64,000 bases of DNA from Macrostomum lignano. Taxonomy: Eukaryota. The stretch covers positions 124,001 to 188,000 of the forward strand of contig NIVC01000396.1 in NCBI GenBank assembly GCA_002269645.1. The letters are read 5' to 3'. The notes under the pieces are model-generated. The model saw only the letters and a list, made by a program, of their open reading frames with translations. It did no database searches and had not been told where the DNA came from. This document shows positions 48,657 to 61,069 of this stretch, in pieces (positions within the stretch are counted from its first letter, which is position 1; each line of letters starts with the position of its first letter). Made by a program: the position numbers and the translations under genes.

Positions 48657-51600
48657 ATGTCAGCCTCCGCTGTTCTACATCCTTGGCATTCTCCGATTGC
48701 CGCTCTGTTGAAGCTGCTGCCGCCGCTGCTGGCGGTGGTGCTGTTGATGATGGGTCTGCCGCGGACAGGTGAGCTGATTCTCAAAGAAGATTTCTTCTTT
48801 TGGGAAGCTTTTAGGAAAGATGGGATGTCAAAGTAGGAATTATGGACGGATTGATGTAGAAAAAATAGGAAAGATAGAGGGGGAACAAGGGGGAGATTGA
48901 TGGGTGAATCCAGGAGATGAGATCCAGAGAGAGAGACGAAGGACAGAGGGAGAGATGAGAGACAGAGGGGGAGATGAGAGATTGAGAAAGAGATGAGAGA
49001 TTGAGGGGAGACAATGGACAGAGGGGGGAGGAGAGGGACAGAGGGGGAGGAGAGGGACAGAGGGGGAGATGAGGGACAGAGGGGGAGATGAGGGACAGAG
49101 GGGGAGATGAGGGACAGAGGGAGAGATGAGGGACAGAGGGGGAGATGAGGGACAGAGGGGGAGATGAGAGATTGAGGGAGAGATGAGGGACAGAGGGGGA
49201 AATGAGGGACAGAGGGGGAGGAGAGGGACAGAGGGGGAGATGAGGGACAGAGGGGGAGATGAGGGACAGAGGGAGAGATGAGGGACAGAGGGGGAGATGA
49301 GGGACAGAGGGGGAGAGATGAGGGACAGAGGGGGAGATGAGGGACAGAGGGGGAGGAGAGGGACAGAGGGGGAGGAGAGGGACAGAGGGGGAGGAGAGGG
49401 ACAGAGGGGGAGATGAGGGACAGAGGGGGAGATGAGGGACAGAGGGGGAGATGAGAGATTGAGGGGAGACAATGGACAGAGGGGGGAGATGAGGGACAGA
49501 GGGGGGAGATGAGGGACAGAGGGGGAGGAGAGGGACAGAGGGGGAGATGAGGGACAGAGGGGGAGATGAGGGACAGAGGGGGAGATGAGGGACAGAGGGG
49601 AGGAGAGGGACAGAGGGGGAGATGAGGGACAGAGGGAGAGATGAGGGACAGAGGGGGAGATGAGGGACAGAGGGGGAGATGAGGGACAGAGGGAGAGATG
49701 AGGGACAGAGGGGGAGATGAGGGACAGAGGGGGAGATGAGGGACAGAGGGGGAGATGAGGGACAGAGGGGGAGATGAGTGATTGAGGGGAGACAATGGAC
49801 AGAGGGGGAGGAGAGGGACAGAGGGGGAGGAGAGGGACAGAGGGGGAGATGAGTGATTGAGGGGAGACAATGGACAGAGGGGGAGGAGAGGGACAGATGG
49901 GGAGTGATGAGGGACAGAGGGGGAGTGATGAGGGACAGATGGGGAGTGATGAGGGACAGAGGGGGAGTGATGAGGGACAGAGGGGAGAGCACCAGAGCTG
50001 CATCGCCTACCTTTTCCGCAACCCGGCAGCTGAGACCGCCTGCAACAGCAGTTTGAACATCTCGGAGATCAGTGAGACCACACCAGCCGGTTATGGCATC
50101 TACTCAATCGACTCAAGCTACCAGAACACCCTGCTGGGACTGCCTGAGTACATCTGCTACTTTGAGCTCAGCGGCGGCTTCCTGCGACTCGCTCGCACCT
50201 TCGATCTCGAGAATTTCACCTCGTGCAGCGACGGCTCAACCATCTCGAAAGCGTCCGTGCCGTCCGCCATCACCGTCACCATTCAGTGCACATCATCTTC
50301 GGACACGGCCACCTTCCTCATCCGGCTGGTGGATGTGAACGAGTTCCCGCCAGCCTTCAGCCCGAACTACTTTGCGGTGAACGTGTCTGAGGTCTGCGCG
50401 CTTTGATGGATTGCTAATCTAGCCAAGATGCATGAATCACCAAGCAATACGTTGACCACCCCTCTCCACCCTCCAGTCAGCCAGTGTCAACACGCTCATC
50501 ACGCAGCTCAACAGTCACGTGACCGACGCCGACAAGTCCAATCAGCTGACCTTCAACTTTCAACTGACGGTGCGCAGCTCATGCATTTTTCTACTTTTTT
50601 CTTCTCCATACACTCCCTTGTCAACCCTCTGCAGACTGTCAGCTCCCAGCCTAAGGACTCCCCTACCCAGCCTACAGACTCCCCTACCCAGCCTACAGAC
50701 TCCCCTACCCAGCCTACAGACTCCCCTACCCAATCTACAGACTCCCTACCCAATCTACAGACTCCCTACCCAGCCTACAGACCCCCCTACCCAGCCTACA
50801 GACTCCCCTACCCAGCCTACAGACTCCCCTACCCAATCTACAGACTCCCCTACCCAGCCTACAGACTCCCCTACCCAATCTACAGACTCCCCTACCCAGC
50901 CTACAGACTCCTCTACCCAATCTACAGACTCCCCTACCCAGCCTACAGACTCCCCTACCCAATCTACAGACTCCCCTACCCAGCCTACAGACTCCCCTAC
51001 CCAATCTACAGACTCCCCTACCCAATCTACAGACTCCCTACCCAGCCTACAGACTCACTCAAGCGTTTCCCTTCCACCCGCTCTGCCAGAACGGCACACT
51101 GGGCAGTTTCTACATCATAGACGGCATTACATCCGGGATCGTGCGGCTGCAGCGGACGCTGGACTTTGACGCCGGACCGCGCCAGTACATCATGACCGTG
51201 GCGGCCTCCGAGCTGCCGACCGAGCCGGCCAGCCAGCCGGCGGCGCTGACGGGCTTCGCCACCCTGGTGGTGAACGTCTTGGACTACGACGATCAAAATC
51301 CTGAGTTCACTCAGAACTCGTACTCGCTGTACTTTATGGAGAATGTGAGTGACGTCACTAGCATGTGTTTATTAAACCGCTTCAGGGCTCCGGTTCAGGG
51401 GAACCTGTAAAACTTTAGTAGTTACCAAGCAAAGTAACTCCAGGTTTGTGGGCACCCGGGTTGCAACGCCTTTGGTGACAATGTCCCACAGCCAGCGCTC
51501 GTATCATCTTTCCTCAGGTGATTGATTGGTTAAAACCACGAGACATTTTTCGGGTCCAAAAAGGTTCACTTAGTCAAAGAATTGTTTGACCTCTCTTTTG

Positions 51601-54600
51601 TTCTGAGGTGAGATTCTGTATCCAAGAAATGCTCGCAAATATCAATAGACTCGTACGATTTTCGGCCAACCGAGAGTCTTGGCAGCGTTGAGACGCTTTT
51701 GAAGAGCATCTACATTATCTAGAATGGCGAGTACGTCACCCTGTTAGATGAGCAGACCTTTTAAATCAGAGAGGCTGCTCTCCATCATGCGTTGAAGAAT
51801 GCAACCGCGATTCAGACCTCTAGAAGTGTTGACGACGAAGTGTAACTGATGTCCTTCAGAGGGTACCATAATTTCTACTTTCAACAAAGGGTCCAGCCTC
51901 TTTCTGCTTAGTGATCTCTTCATCCTCCAGTTGTCATATCTAGCCGTGCAAACTAAAGCAAAAGGCAGTGAAAGCGGCTGATTGAACCCCCCCTCCCACG
52001 GCTCCATCCAGAACACCGCTTACATGAACTCGCCGCTGACGGCCAGCCCACTGCTGCTGGCCCTCGACCAGGATGTGGGCATCAACGAGACCATAAATTA
52101 TGCTATCGTTTCCGGTATGCTAACAGTTGTTTGACGTGGTGATTTGTCTTAATAATAAATAAATTCTATTGAAGTAAAAGAACTGAGAAATTCTACCCCA
52201 ATTTTCCAGCTTATTGGTGGAATTCGGCAGGTAATAATATATATTCATTGAGAACTAATCCAAGTATTCTATTAATGAGTTATCTAATACTAAACAGGGT
52301 GTCAAACGGGCGTGCCACTTTATTGCTAGGGTCGTAGTTTTGGTTACCAGGCCACCAGTTTAGTTGCCAGGGCCACCAGTTTGGTTACCGGGGCCACCAG
52401 TTTGGTTTCCAGGGCCACCAGTTTGGTCACCAGGGCCACCAGTTTGGTTGCCAGGGCCACCAGTTTAGTTGACAGAGCCATCCGTTTAGTTGCCAGGGCC
52501 ACCAGTTTAGTTGGCAGGGCCACCAGTTTGGTTGCCAGGGCCACCAGTTTGGTTGCCAGGGCCACCATTTTGGTTGCCAGGGCCACCAGTTTGGTTTCCA
52601 GGGCCACCATTTTGGTTACCAGGGCCCCCAGTTTGGTTGCCAGGGCCACCAGTTTAGTTGCCTTTCAGATAAAAAATTAATAATTGCGCTTTTGTACGGG
52701 TCTCGTGTTCGAACATTTAGAGCTGCTAATTTTTAGCATTTTGTTTTACTGCTTTAATTCGCTTAGTTTTGTGCGTAACAATGTGCTTTAAATATAATTG
52801 TAAATCTTTTTTACAACTCACTCAGTCTCACAAAATTAAAACTTTCAGTTTTTTTTCCTTCAAACAATCTCGCCTTCTCAAATGCCATTCCGCACACTCA
52901 GGCTCGCAGATTGACAACACCAGCTTCATCGCCATCAACTCCACCACGGGCCAGTTCAGCATCGTCAGCCTCATCGACAGGGAGAGTCTGCCAGCCAGCC
53001 AGCTGTTTGTGCTGGTCAAGGTACGCGATCCCGATCCCGATCCCGAATCCCGATCCCGAATCCCGATCCCGAATCCCGATCCCGAATCCCGATCCCGAAT
53101 CCCGATCCCGAATCCCGATCCCGAATCCCGATCCCGAATCCCGATCCCGAATCCCGATCCCGAATCCCGATCCCGAATCCCGATCCCGAATCCCGATCCC
53201 GAATCCCGATCCCGAATCCCGATCCCGAATCCCGATCCCGAATCCCGATCCCGAATCCCGATCCCGAATCCCGATCCCGAATCCCGATCCCGAATCCCGA
53301 TCCCGAATCCCGATCCCGAATCCCGATCCCGAATCCCGATCCCGAATCCCGATCCCGAATCCCGATCCCGAATCCCGATCCCGAATCCCGATCCCGAATC
53401 CCGATCCCGAATCCCGATCCCGAATCCCGATCCCGAATCCCGATCCCGAATCCCGATCCCGAATCCCGATCCCGAATCCCGATCCCGAATCCCGATCCCG
53501 AATCCCGATCCCGAATCCCGATCCCGAATCCCGATCCCGAATCCCGATCCCGAATCCCGATCCCGAATCCCGATCCCGAATCCCGATCCCGAATCCCGAT
53601 CCCGAATCCCGATCCCGAATCCCGATCCCGAATCCCGATCCCGAATCCCGATCCCGAATCCCGATCCCGAATCCCGATCCCGAATCCCGATCCCGAATCC
53701 CGATCCCGAATCCCGATCCCGAATCCCGATCCCGAATCCCGATCCCGAATCCCGATCCCGAATCCCGATCCCGAATCCCGATCCCGAATCCCGATCCCGA
53801 ATCCCGATCCCGAATCCCGATCCCGAATCCCGATCCCGAATCCCGATCCCGAATCCCGATCCCGAATCCCGATCCCGAATCCCGATCCCGAATCCCGATC
53901 CCGAATCCCGATCCCGAATCCCGATCCCGAATCCCGATCCCGAATCCCGATCCCGAATCCCGATCCCGAATCCCGATCCCGAATCTTGATCCCGAATCCC
54001 GATCCCGAATCCCGATCCCGAATCCCGATCCCGAATCCCGATCCCGAATCCCGATCCCGATCCCGAATCCCGATCCCGAATCCCGATCCCGAATCCCGAT
54101 CCCGAATCCCGATCCCGAATCCCGATCCCGAATCCCGATCCCGAATCCCGATCCCGAATCCCGATCCCGAATCCCGATCCCGAATCCCGATCCCGATCCC
54201 GAATCCCGATCCCGAATCCCGATCCCGAATCCCGATCCCGAATCCCGATCCCGAATCCCGATCCCGAATCCCGATCCCGAATCCCGATCCCGAATCCCGA
54301 TCCCGATCCCGAATCCCGATCCCGAATCCCGATCCCGAATCCCGATCCCGAATCCCGATCCCGAATCCCGATCCCGAATCCAATCTGGAATCTCAAATCC
54401 CAATCTGGAATCTCGAGTCTCAATCTGGAATCTCAAATCTCAATCTGGAATCTAAATCCCAATCCGGAATCCCAAATCCCGAATCAGAATGCAGTTGGCC
54501 AAATATCCCTAAAATATCCCGCAGGGCTATCAAACCGACAAGCCCACCACCCGGGTGGCGCTGGCCCTGGTGCTGGTGACGGTCGGAGACAGAAACGACA

Positions 54601-57600
54601 ACGCTCCGGTCATGTCTGCAACAGACTACTCAGCCACCATAGTAGAGAATTCGCCCGCTGGAACTTTTGTCATTGGCGTGTCCGCCACCGACAGAGACCT
54701 GGTGAGCTCAACTCTCGGCTCGTTGTTGCATCATGTACTTCGAATCCTGGAAATACCGCTAGCCTTACGGAGATTTCCAGTCACGGGAATTTCACAGGGA
54801 TTTCCATTCTTATGGGATTTCCAGTCTTGCGGGTTTTCCAATTTTGTGGGATTTCCTGTCTCGAGTGATTTCCAGTCTTTGTGGGATTTCCTGTCTCGAG
54901 GGATTTCTTGCCTTGAGGGATTTCCTGTCTCGAGGGATTTCCAGTCTTTGTGGGATTTCCTGTCTCGAGGGATTTCTTGCCTTGAGGTATTTCCTGTCTC
55001 GAGGGATTTCCAGTCTTTGTGGGATTTCCTGTCTCGAGGGATTTCCTGTCTCGAGCGATTTCCAGTCTCGAGGGATTTCCAGTCTCGAGGGATTTCCAGT
55101 ATTGTGGGATTTCCTGTCTCGAGGGATTTCCAGTTTTGTAGGACTTCCAGTTTTGTAGGATTTCAAGTTTTGTGGGATTTCCAGTTTTGTAGGATTTCCA
55201 GTCTTGTGGGATTTCCAGTTTTGTGGGATTTCCAGTCTTGTGGGATTTCCAGTTTTGTGGGATTTCCAGTTTTGTGGGATTTCCAGCTTTGTGGGATTTC
55301 CAGTCTTGTGGTATTTCCAGTTTTGTGGGATTTCCAGTCTTGTGGGATTTCCAGTTTTGTGGGATTTCCAGATTTGTGGGATTTCCAGTCTTGTGGGATT
55401 TCCAGTTTTGTGGGATTTCCAGTCTTGTGGGATTTCCAGTTTTGTGGGATTTCCAGTCTTGTGGGATTTCCAGTTTTGTGGGATTTCCAGTTTTGTAGGA
55501 TTTCCAGTTTTGTGGGATTTCCAGTCTTGTGGGATTTCCAGTTTTGTGGGATTTCCAGTTTTGTGGGATTTCCAGCTTTGTGGGATTTCCAGTCTTGTGG
55601 TATTTCCAGTTTTGTGGGATTTCCAGTTTTGTGGGATTTCCAGCTTTGTGGGATTTCCAGTCTTGTGGGATTTCCAGTTTTGTGGGATTTCCAGATTTGT
55701 GGGATTTCCAGTCTTGTGGGATTTCCAGATTTGTGGGATTTCCAGTCTTGTGGGATTTCCAGTTTTGTGGGATTTCCAGATTTGTGGGATTTACAGTTTT
55801 GCGGGATTTCCAGTCCTTTGGGATTTCCAGTCTTGTGGGATTTCCAGTTTTGTGGGAGTTCCAAATTCGTGGTCCCAAGACTCTGAATCATCCCAATGAC
55901 CGTTGCAGGGTGAGAACTCCACAGTCAGCTATCTGCTGGCCGATCCCAGTGGCGCCTTTCAAATCGATCCCAACAGCGGTCACGTGACTGTGGCCAACGC
56001 CAGCCTGCTGGACCGGGAGGCAACGCCAGAGTTCAATGTTACAGTGAGTTCAGTTTTTCCCACTGACCTACTGAAAGTACCAAGACTGGATGCGGGGTCG
56101 CCTGGTATCTGACTTGGGATCAGGAAGGGATGAGTAGCGTAGTGTTAAAGTCCCAGGTTCGATTCCGCCCGCCACCACATAGACCTTGGAGTGTCTGTCG
56201 GGATAAGTCGGGATTCGGGACGGATAAGTCGGGATTCGGGATGGATAAGTCGGGATTCGGAGTGGATAAGTTGCCCCTTCGACTAGTTAATTAACCGAAC
56301 AGGTCAATAGCTATACGCAGCAACCAATGGCCTTTCGAAGGTCTGGTCGGAAGAGACGGCCACGCCCGAGCGTTTTGCCTCGACGCCGTCCCGCCTGACC
56401 ATCCGCCTGACCGACGTCAACGACAACTCGCCGGTCTTCGCCAACGCCTCGGGCATCAGCATCAGCCTGGACCGCTCGGTCGCTACGCCTGGAGCCGCCC
56501 TGCACACGCTGGTTGCTACGGACGCGGATTCTGGAATTAACGGTCAGCTGACATTCAGTATAGTCTTTGTCAGCGTGCCCGGGGCTGAGTCTTTGTTCAA
56601 CTTGGACTCGGGCAGCGGACTGCTGACGGCAGCGGCTGGACTGTCGTCTGCGCCGCAGGATCTGTGAGCCAACAGGAGGGTGCATTTTGATGGAGCTGGT
56701 GCCATTTTTGTCTGTGTTTGACCTGTGTCAGTTTGAGAAGAGTGCCAGTTTGAGAAGAGTGCCAGTTTGAGAAGAGTGCCAGTTTGAGAAGAGTGTCAGT
56801 TTGAAAAGATTATCAGTTTGAGCAGAATAGCAGTTTGAGAAGAGTGCCAGTTTGAGAAGAGTGCCAGTTTGAGAAGAGTGCCAGTTTGAGAAGAGTGTCA
56901 GTTTGAGAAAAGTGTCAGTTTGAAAAGATTATCAGTTTGAGCAGAATAGCAGTTTGAGCAGAGCGTCAGCTTGAGAAGAGTGACACCTTACCTGATCAAT
57001 GCACAAAAACCTTCACCAGCTTCGTCTTAAACGTCGTGGCGGAGGACCGTGCGGAGCCGTCGTCCGCACGGCGCCGTTCCACCGTCTCGGTGTCGGTGCG
57101 CCTGACGAGCTCCACCAGCAGCAGCGCCAGCACCGTGGCGACCACTTCGTCAGACGCTGTCACCACCAGCAGCAGCCAGGCGCCTACTTCAACAACCAGC
57201 AGTTCGACGACAAGCACCACGACGACAACGACGACGACCTCCACGACTTCAACAATGGCAACTTCTGCTGCGCCAGCGGAGTCGTGGAACGCCTCAGTAG
57301 CCGCATCGGCAGTCTGGATGATTAACGACAGCCACGCAACGGTTGAGGTGATGTCCATGTCTTTAATAATATATATATATATATATAATACAGCCTCCTG
57401 TATGCAGGGTAGGGAGGGGCTCTGGGCAGCTTGACTCTGGTACAAAAAATAATGCAATGCCCCACTCTGACTACTGACTTCCAGCTTCGAACCACACAGA
57501 TCAGCAGCAGTGGCAATCAGACTGTTACCATGGAAACCGTTGTCCTGCCAGTCAACTCCAGTCTTATCGCCCAGGCGCCAACTACCGAAGCGCCGTCGAC

Positions 57601-59547
57601 CTCGACGAGCGGCTCAACCTCGCTGACAACGCCCGAGTCGGTCACGTCGTTGGACTCGCTGAACGCCACGACGTACGAAGCTGCAACAACAAGCGAGACG
57701 ACAGCGGCACCGACGGAGCAGCTGGTCCAGCCGGCGCCGCTGGGGCTGATCGTGGCCTGCGCCCTGCTGGCGGTGATCGCATCCGCGCTGGGCCTGCTGC
57801 TCGGCTGGTTCCTGTTCGAGCGGTCCCGCCTGAAGGCGCTGGCCGCGGAGCGTCTGGCAACCATCGAGAGCCTGCAGCAGAAGACCAACCCCATCTTCTC
57901 CAACGGGCAGCACCCGCCGCCGCCGGAAGTCGGGCCGGAGTCGTGAGTTGCTTCCTCGGGAAATTTTGATTTAGTGTATTTATCAGTGATCGAATTTATT
58001 CACAAAACAGACTACTTATTTGCGACTTCAAGTAGTATGAAGACGAGAGGGGACGGGGCGCCATGAACGGCGACATGAAGAGTCAACGGCGATCTGAGCC
58101 AGAATGGGGACAAGGAGAGCCAGAATGGGGACAAGGAGAGCCAGAATGGGTAAAGGAGCGCCAGAATGGGGACAAGGAGAGCCAGAATGGGTAAAGGAGC
58201 GCCAGAATGGGGACAAGGAGCGCCAGACCGGGGACAAGGAGCGCCAGAATGGGGACAAGGAGCGCCAGAATGGGGACAAGGAGAGCCAGAATGGGGACAA
58301 GGAGAGCCAGAATGGGACAAGGAGCGCCAAAATGGGGACAAGGAGAGCCAGAATGGGGACAAGGAGCGCCAGAATGGGGACAAGGAGCGCCAGAATGGGG
58401 ACAAGGAGCGCCAGAATGGGGACAAGGAGCGCCAGAATGGGGACAAGGAGAGCCAGAATGGGTAAAGGAGCGCCAGAATGGGACAAGGAGCGCCAGAATG
58501 GGTAAAGGAGCGCCAGAATGGGACAAGGAGCGCCAAAATGGGGACAAGGAGAGCCAGAATGGGGACAAGGAGCGCCAGACCGGGGACAAGGAGCGCCAGA
58601 ATGGGTAAAGGAGCGCCAGAATGGGGACAAGGAGAGCCAGAATGGGGACAAGGAGCGCCAGACCGGGGACAAGGAGCGCCAGAATGGGGACAAGGAGCGC
58701 CAGAATGGGGACAAGGAGAGCCAGAATGGGGACAAGGAGAGCCAGAATGGGGACAAGGAGAGCCAGAATGGGGACAAGGAGAGCTAGAATGGGGACAAGG
58801 AGAGCTAGAATGGGGACAAGGAGAGCCAGAATGGGGACAAGGAGAGCCAGAATGGGGACAAGGAGCGCCAAAATGGGGACAAGGAGAGCCAGAATGGGGA
58901 CAAGGAGAGCTAGAATGGGGACAAGGAGAGCTAGAATGGGGACAAGGAGAGCCAGAATGGGGACAAGGAGAGCCAGAATGGGACAAGGAGCGCCAAAATG
59001 GGGACAAGGAGAGCCAGAATGGGGACAAGGAGCGCCAGACCGGGGACAAGGAGCGCCAGAATGGGGACAAGGAGCGCCAGAATGGGGACAAGGAGCGCCA
59101 GAATGGGACAAGGAGCGCCAGACCGGGGACAAGGAGCGCCAGAATGGGGACAAGGAGCGCCAGAATGGGGACAAGGAGCGCCAGAATGGGACAAGGAGCG
59201 CCAGAATGGGACAAGGAGCGCCAGAATGGGACAAGGAGCGCCAGAATGGGTAAAGGAGCGCCAGAATGGGACAAGGAGCGCCAGAATGGGGACAAGGAGA
59301 GCCAGAATGGGTAAAGGAGCGCCAGAAAAAGGAAGTAGACAGGTCGCTAGGGGGTTTTCAGGCTCTAGTAGAGAATCATCCTTCATCCCCCCGAGTCTAA
59401 CTCAGTCCAGCTCGAATCGCTCACAGTGCCCTCAGCGGCAGCCACCCGCAGCCAGACGGGTCAGCGGCGATCTACGTGTCCCAGCAGCTGGCGCCAGACC
59501 CGGCCTACCAGACTCTCTCCGTGTCCATGCCCGTCTCGGACTTTTAG
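48657..59547 (+). CDS. Cadherin-related protein: signal peptide, 5 EC repeats, Thr/Ser-rich stalk, TM, short tail (isoform 1)
   Basis: Exons 48657-48768 (signal; link to the next exon uncertain), about 49996-50391, 50477-50569, 51090-51344, 52012-52114, 52902-53020, 54525-54701, 55909-56043, 56311-56663, 57020-57347, 57485-57942, 59406-59547. All junctions from 50391 onward are GT-AG and phase-consistent. Motifs DVNEFPP, DYDDQNP, DRNDNAP, DVNDNSP, TDAD, DQD, DRE. Confidence 0.88.
48940..49985. repeat. 19-bp purine-rich minisatellite (GAGGGACAGAGGGGGAGAT)n
   Basis: Direct reading; abuts the first EC exon. Confidence 0.95.
50655..51055. repeat. 21-bp intronic minisatellite (CAGCCTACAGACTCCCCTACC)n
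   Basis: Direct reading. Confidence 0.95.
52345..52660. repeat. 21-bp intronic minisatellite (GGGCCACCAGTTTGGTTGCCA)n
   Basis: Direct reading. Confidence 0.95.
53027..54380. repeat. 13-bp intronic satellite (CCCGAATCCCGAT)n
   Basis: Nearly perfect 6+7-bp unit starting 6 nt after the splice donor. Confidence 0.97.
54775..55862. repeat. 17-bp intronic minisatellite (GTGGGATTTCCAGTYTT)n
   Basis: Direct reading. Confidence 0.95.
56135..56275 (+). mobile_element. tRNA-derived SINE-like remnant in a cadherin intron
   Basis: A-box-like TAGCGTAGTGTT (56135) and B-box GGTTCGATTCC (56156-56166), abnormally close together, followed by three 21-bp repeats. Confidence 0.45.
56730..56985. repeat. 17-bp intronic minisatellite (CAGTTTGAGAAGAGTGC)n
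   Basis: Direct reading. Confidence 0.9.
58095..59325. repeat. 20-21-bp intronic minisatellite (GGGGACAAGGAGCGCCAGAAT)n
   Basis: Direct reading. Confidence 0.95.
59406..59547 (+). CDS. Cadherin terminal exon, option 1 (tail ends ...MPVSDF)
   Basis: CTAACTCAG acceptor, phase 2 matching the donor TC|GTGAGT at 57942; TAG at 59545-59547; AATAAA at 59673. Confidence 0.75.
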
Positions 59548-60186
59548 AACTTCTTTTATATATAGTCATCCTACATAATTGTATTTTTAATAACGCATTA
59601 CTAACAAACATAGCCTGTTTCCTAAATCGAAATTCTAATTCCATTCGAATGTTTTTTGTTTTTTTGAAGTGCAATAAAATATTTTTTTTTTTTTCAAAGC
59701 TTAGTTACTGCATGCAGTTGTTGAGTGCAACTCAAAATTCCCTAAAACAGTTAGTCATAGTAGTAGTTTTCGATGTACTTTTGGTGGCTTCTGTTGTTTT
59801 CGGCTGATGCCTGGTGTGATGTCAGAGAAGGAGACGGCTCTAGAGCGGGCACGAGACACCAGAGGTAGATAAGGGATTTCAAAAGGGGACAAATGACTCC
59901 AGAAGGGGGCAATAGGCGCCAAAAAGGGCACAAGGTGCGTCAGAAGGGCACAAGGTACGTCAGAAGGGCACAAGGTGCATCAGAAGGACACAAGGGACGC
60001 CAGAATGACACGGGGCGCTAGAAGATCGGGTAATTATTGAGACCATTTTTTCAGCAGCCTTTGTATTTGTGTTAGATTCTAACTGGCCTTGCTTAATACA
60101 GTAGTCACTAATTTGCTTTGAACGCTTTCTATTCTAACACAAAAACTAATTTTTAAAAACTATTTGCTGCAACAATACTGCCGCAG

Positions 60187-60325
60187 CGCTGACGGTGCCG
60201 ACACCGGCGACGCCACCGAGATGGGCGTCCGGCGCAGTCAGACGGACCTTGTCGAATGCGGCCAGTTCGAGGCGGAGGCGACGGCGGGGGGCACCGCTGC
60301 GGAGCCGGCCTGCATGCCCGAGTGA
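60187..60325 (+). CDS. Cadherin terminal exon, option 2 (tail ends ...PACMPE)
   Basis: CCGCAG acceptor with upstream CTAAC/CTAAT, phase 2, GC-rich open frame to TGA at 60323-60325; AATAAA at 60496. Confidence 0.6.
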
Positions 60326-61069
60326 GTTGAAGGCTGTTCGTTTAACTAATCGATAATGTCTATTTTTAGCATATTGATTTTCCACGAGCCTGGGTAAGGC
60401 TAACTGTCTAATAGAAGTCACGTGACACGCCTTTATTGGTGTGAGGAATGTACATTGCCCCCCGTACAGGGAGGGACAGGTAACCCGAGAATGGCAATAA
60501 AACAAGATAAGCAGTAACAAAGGCCGCACGCAGCGGTTCCGTGAAAGGGCGGGAACGATTATAGGTAGATAAATTCCAGCAAGTTGATGCTGCGCGCCAA
60601 TACTACTAACTGAAGTTTAATAGTAGCTTTAAAGGGTAAATATTGCAACTATTTACTTCTAAATTAAACATTTTTAAATATCTGTTGTCTCGATTTTCAC
60701 AGTGTAGAGACAGTTTAAATGATGCTGGGTAAGCAAGCGGTAAAAATAAGCTGCCCAATCAATCCATTGAGTCTACCCGTTATGTCTGTTTATTAATTAT
60801 TCGTCAGTGTTTTTTGTTGTTGTATTCTTCCTTTGAAAAAAACATTGCTCTTTCGAATCAGGCTTTGCTTTAAAGTACGAGTGGTATACTGAAGTATTTC
60901 CTTTGGGGACCTTTAAATATCTAACGAGCTATCGCAGCCACCTCACTCCACGATCGATCCATCTGATTGGCTGCCGTATCGCCAACCAATAAGCGCGAGT
61001 TGGGGGTTGGCGCAGCAAATCTCAAACTGTACACTCTAAAGCAGGCATCTACGCATTTGAAAATTTCAG

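Noticed and set aside
52769-54579. 400-530 aa ORFs in all frames (PDPESRSRIPIPN / GFGIGIRDRDSGS)
   Set aside because: A stop-free 13-bp satellite lying between a GT donor (53021) and an AG acceptor (54524) that join two halves of one cadherin repeat in frame.
48623-59386. Other long repeat ORFs (48623-50003, 54781-55899, 58012-59386)
   Set aside because: Translations of intronic minisatellites.
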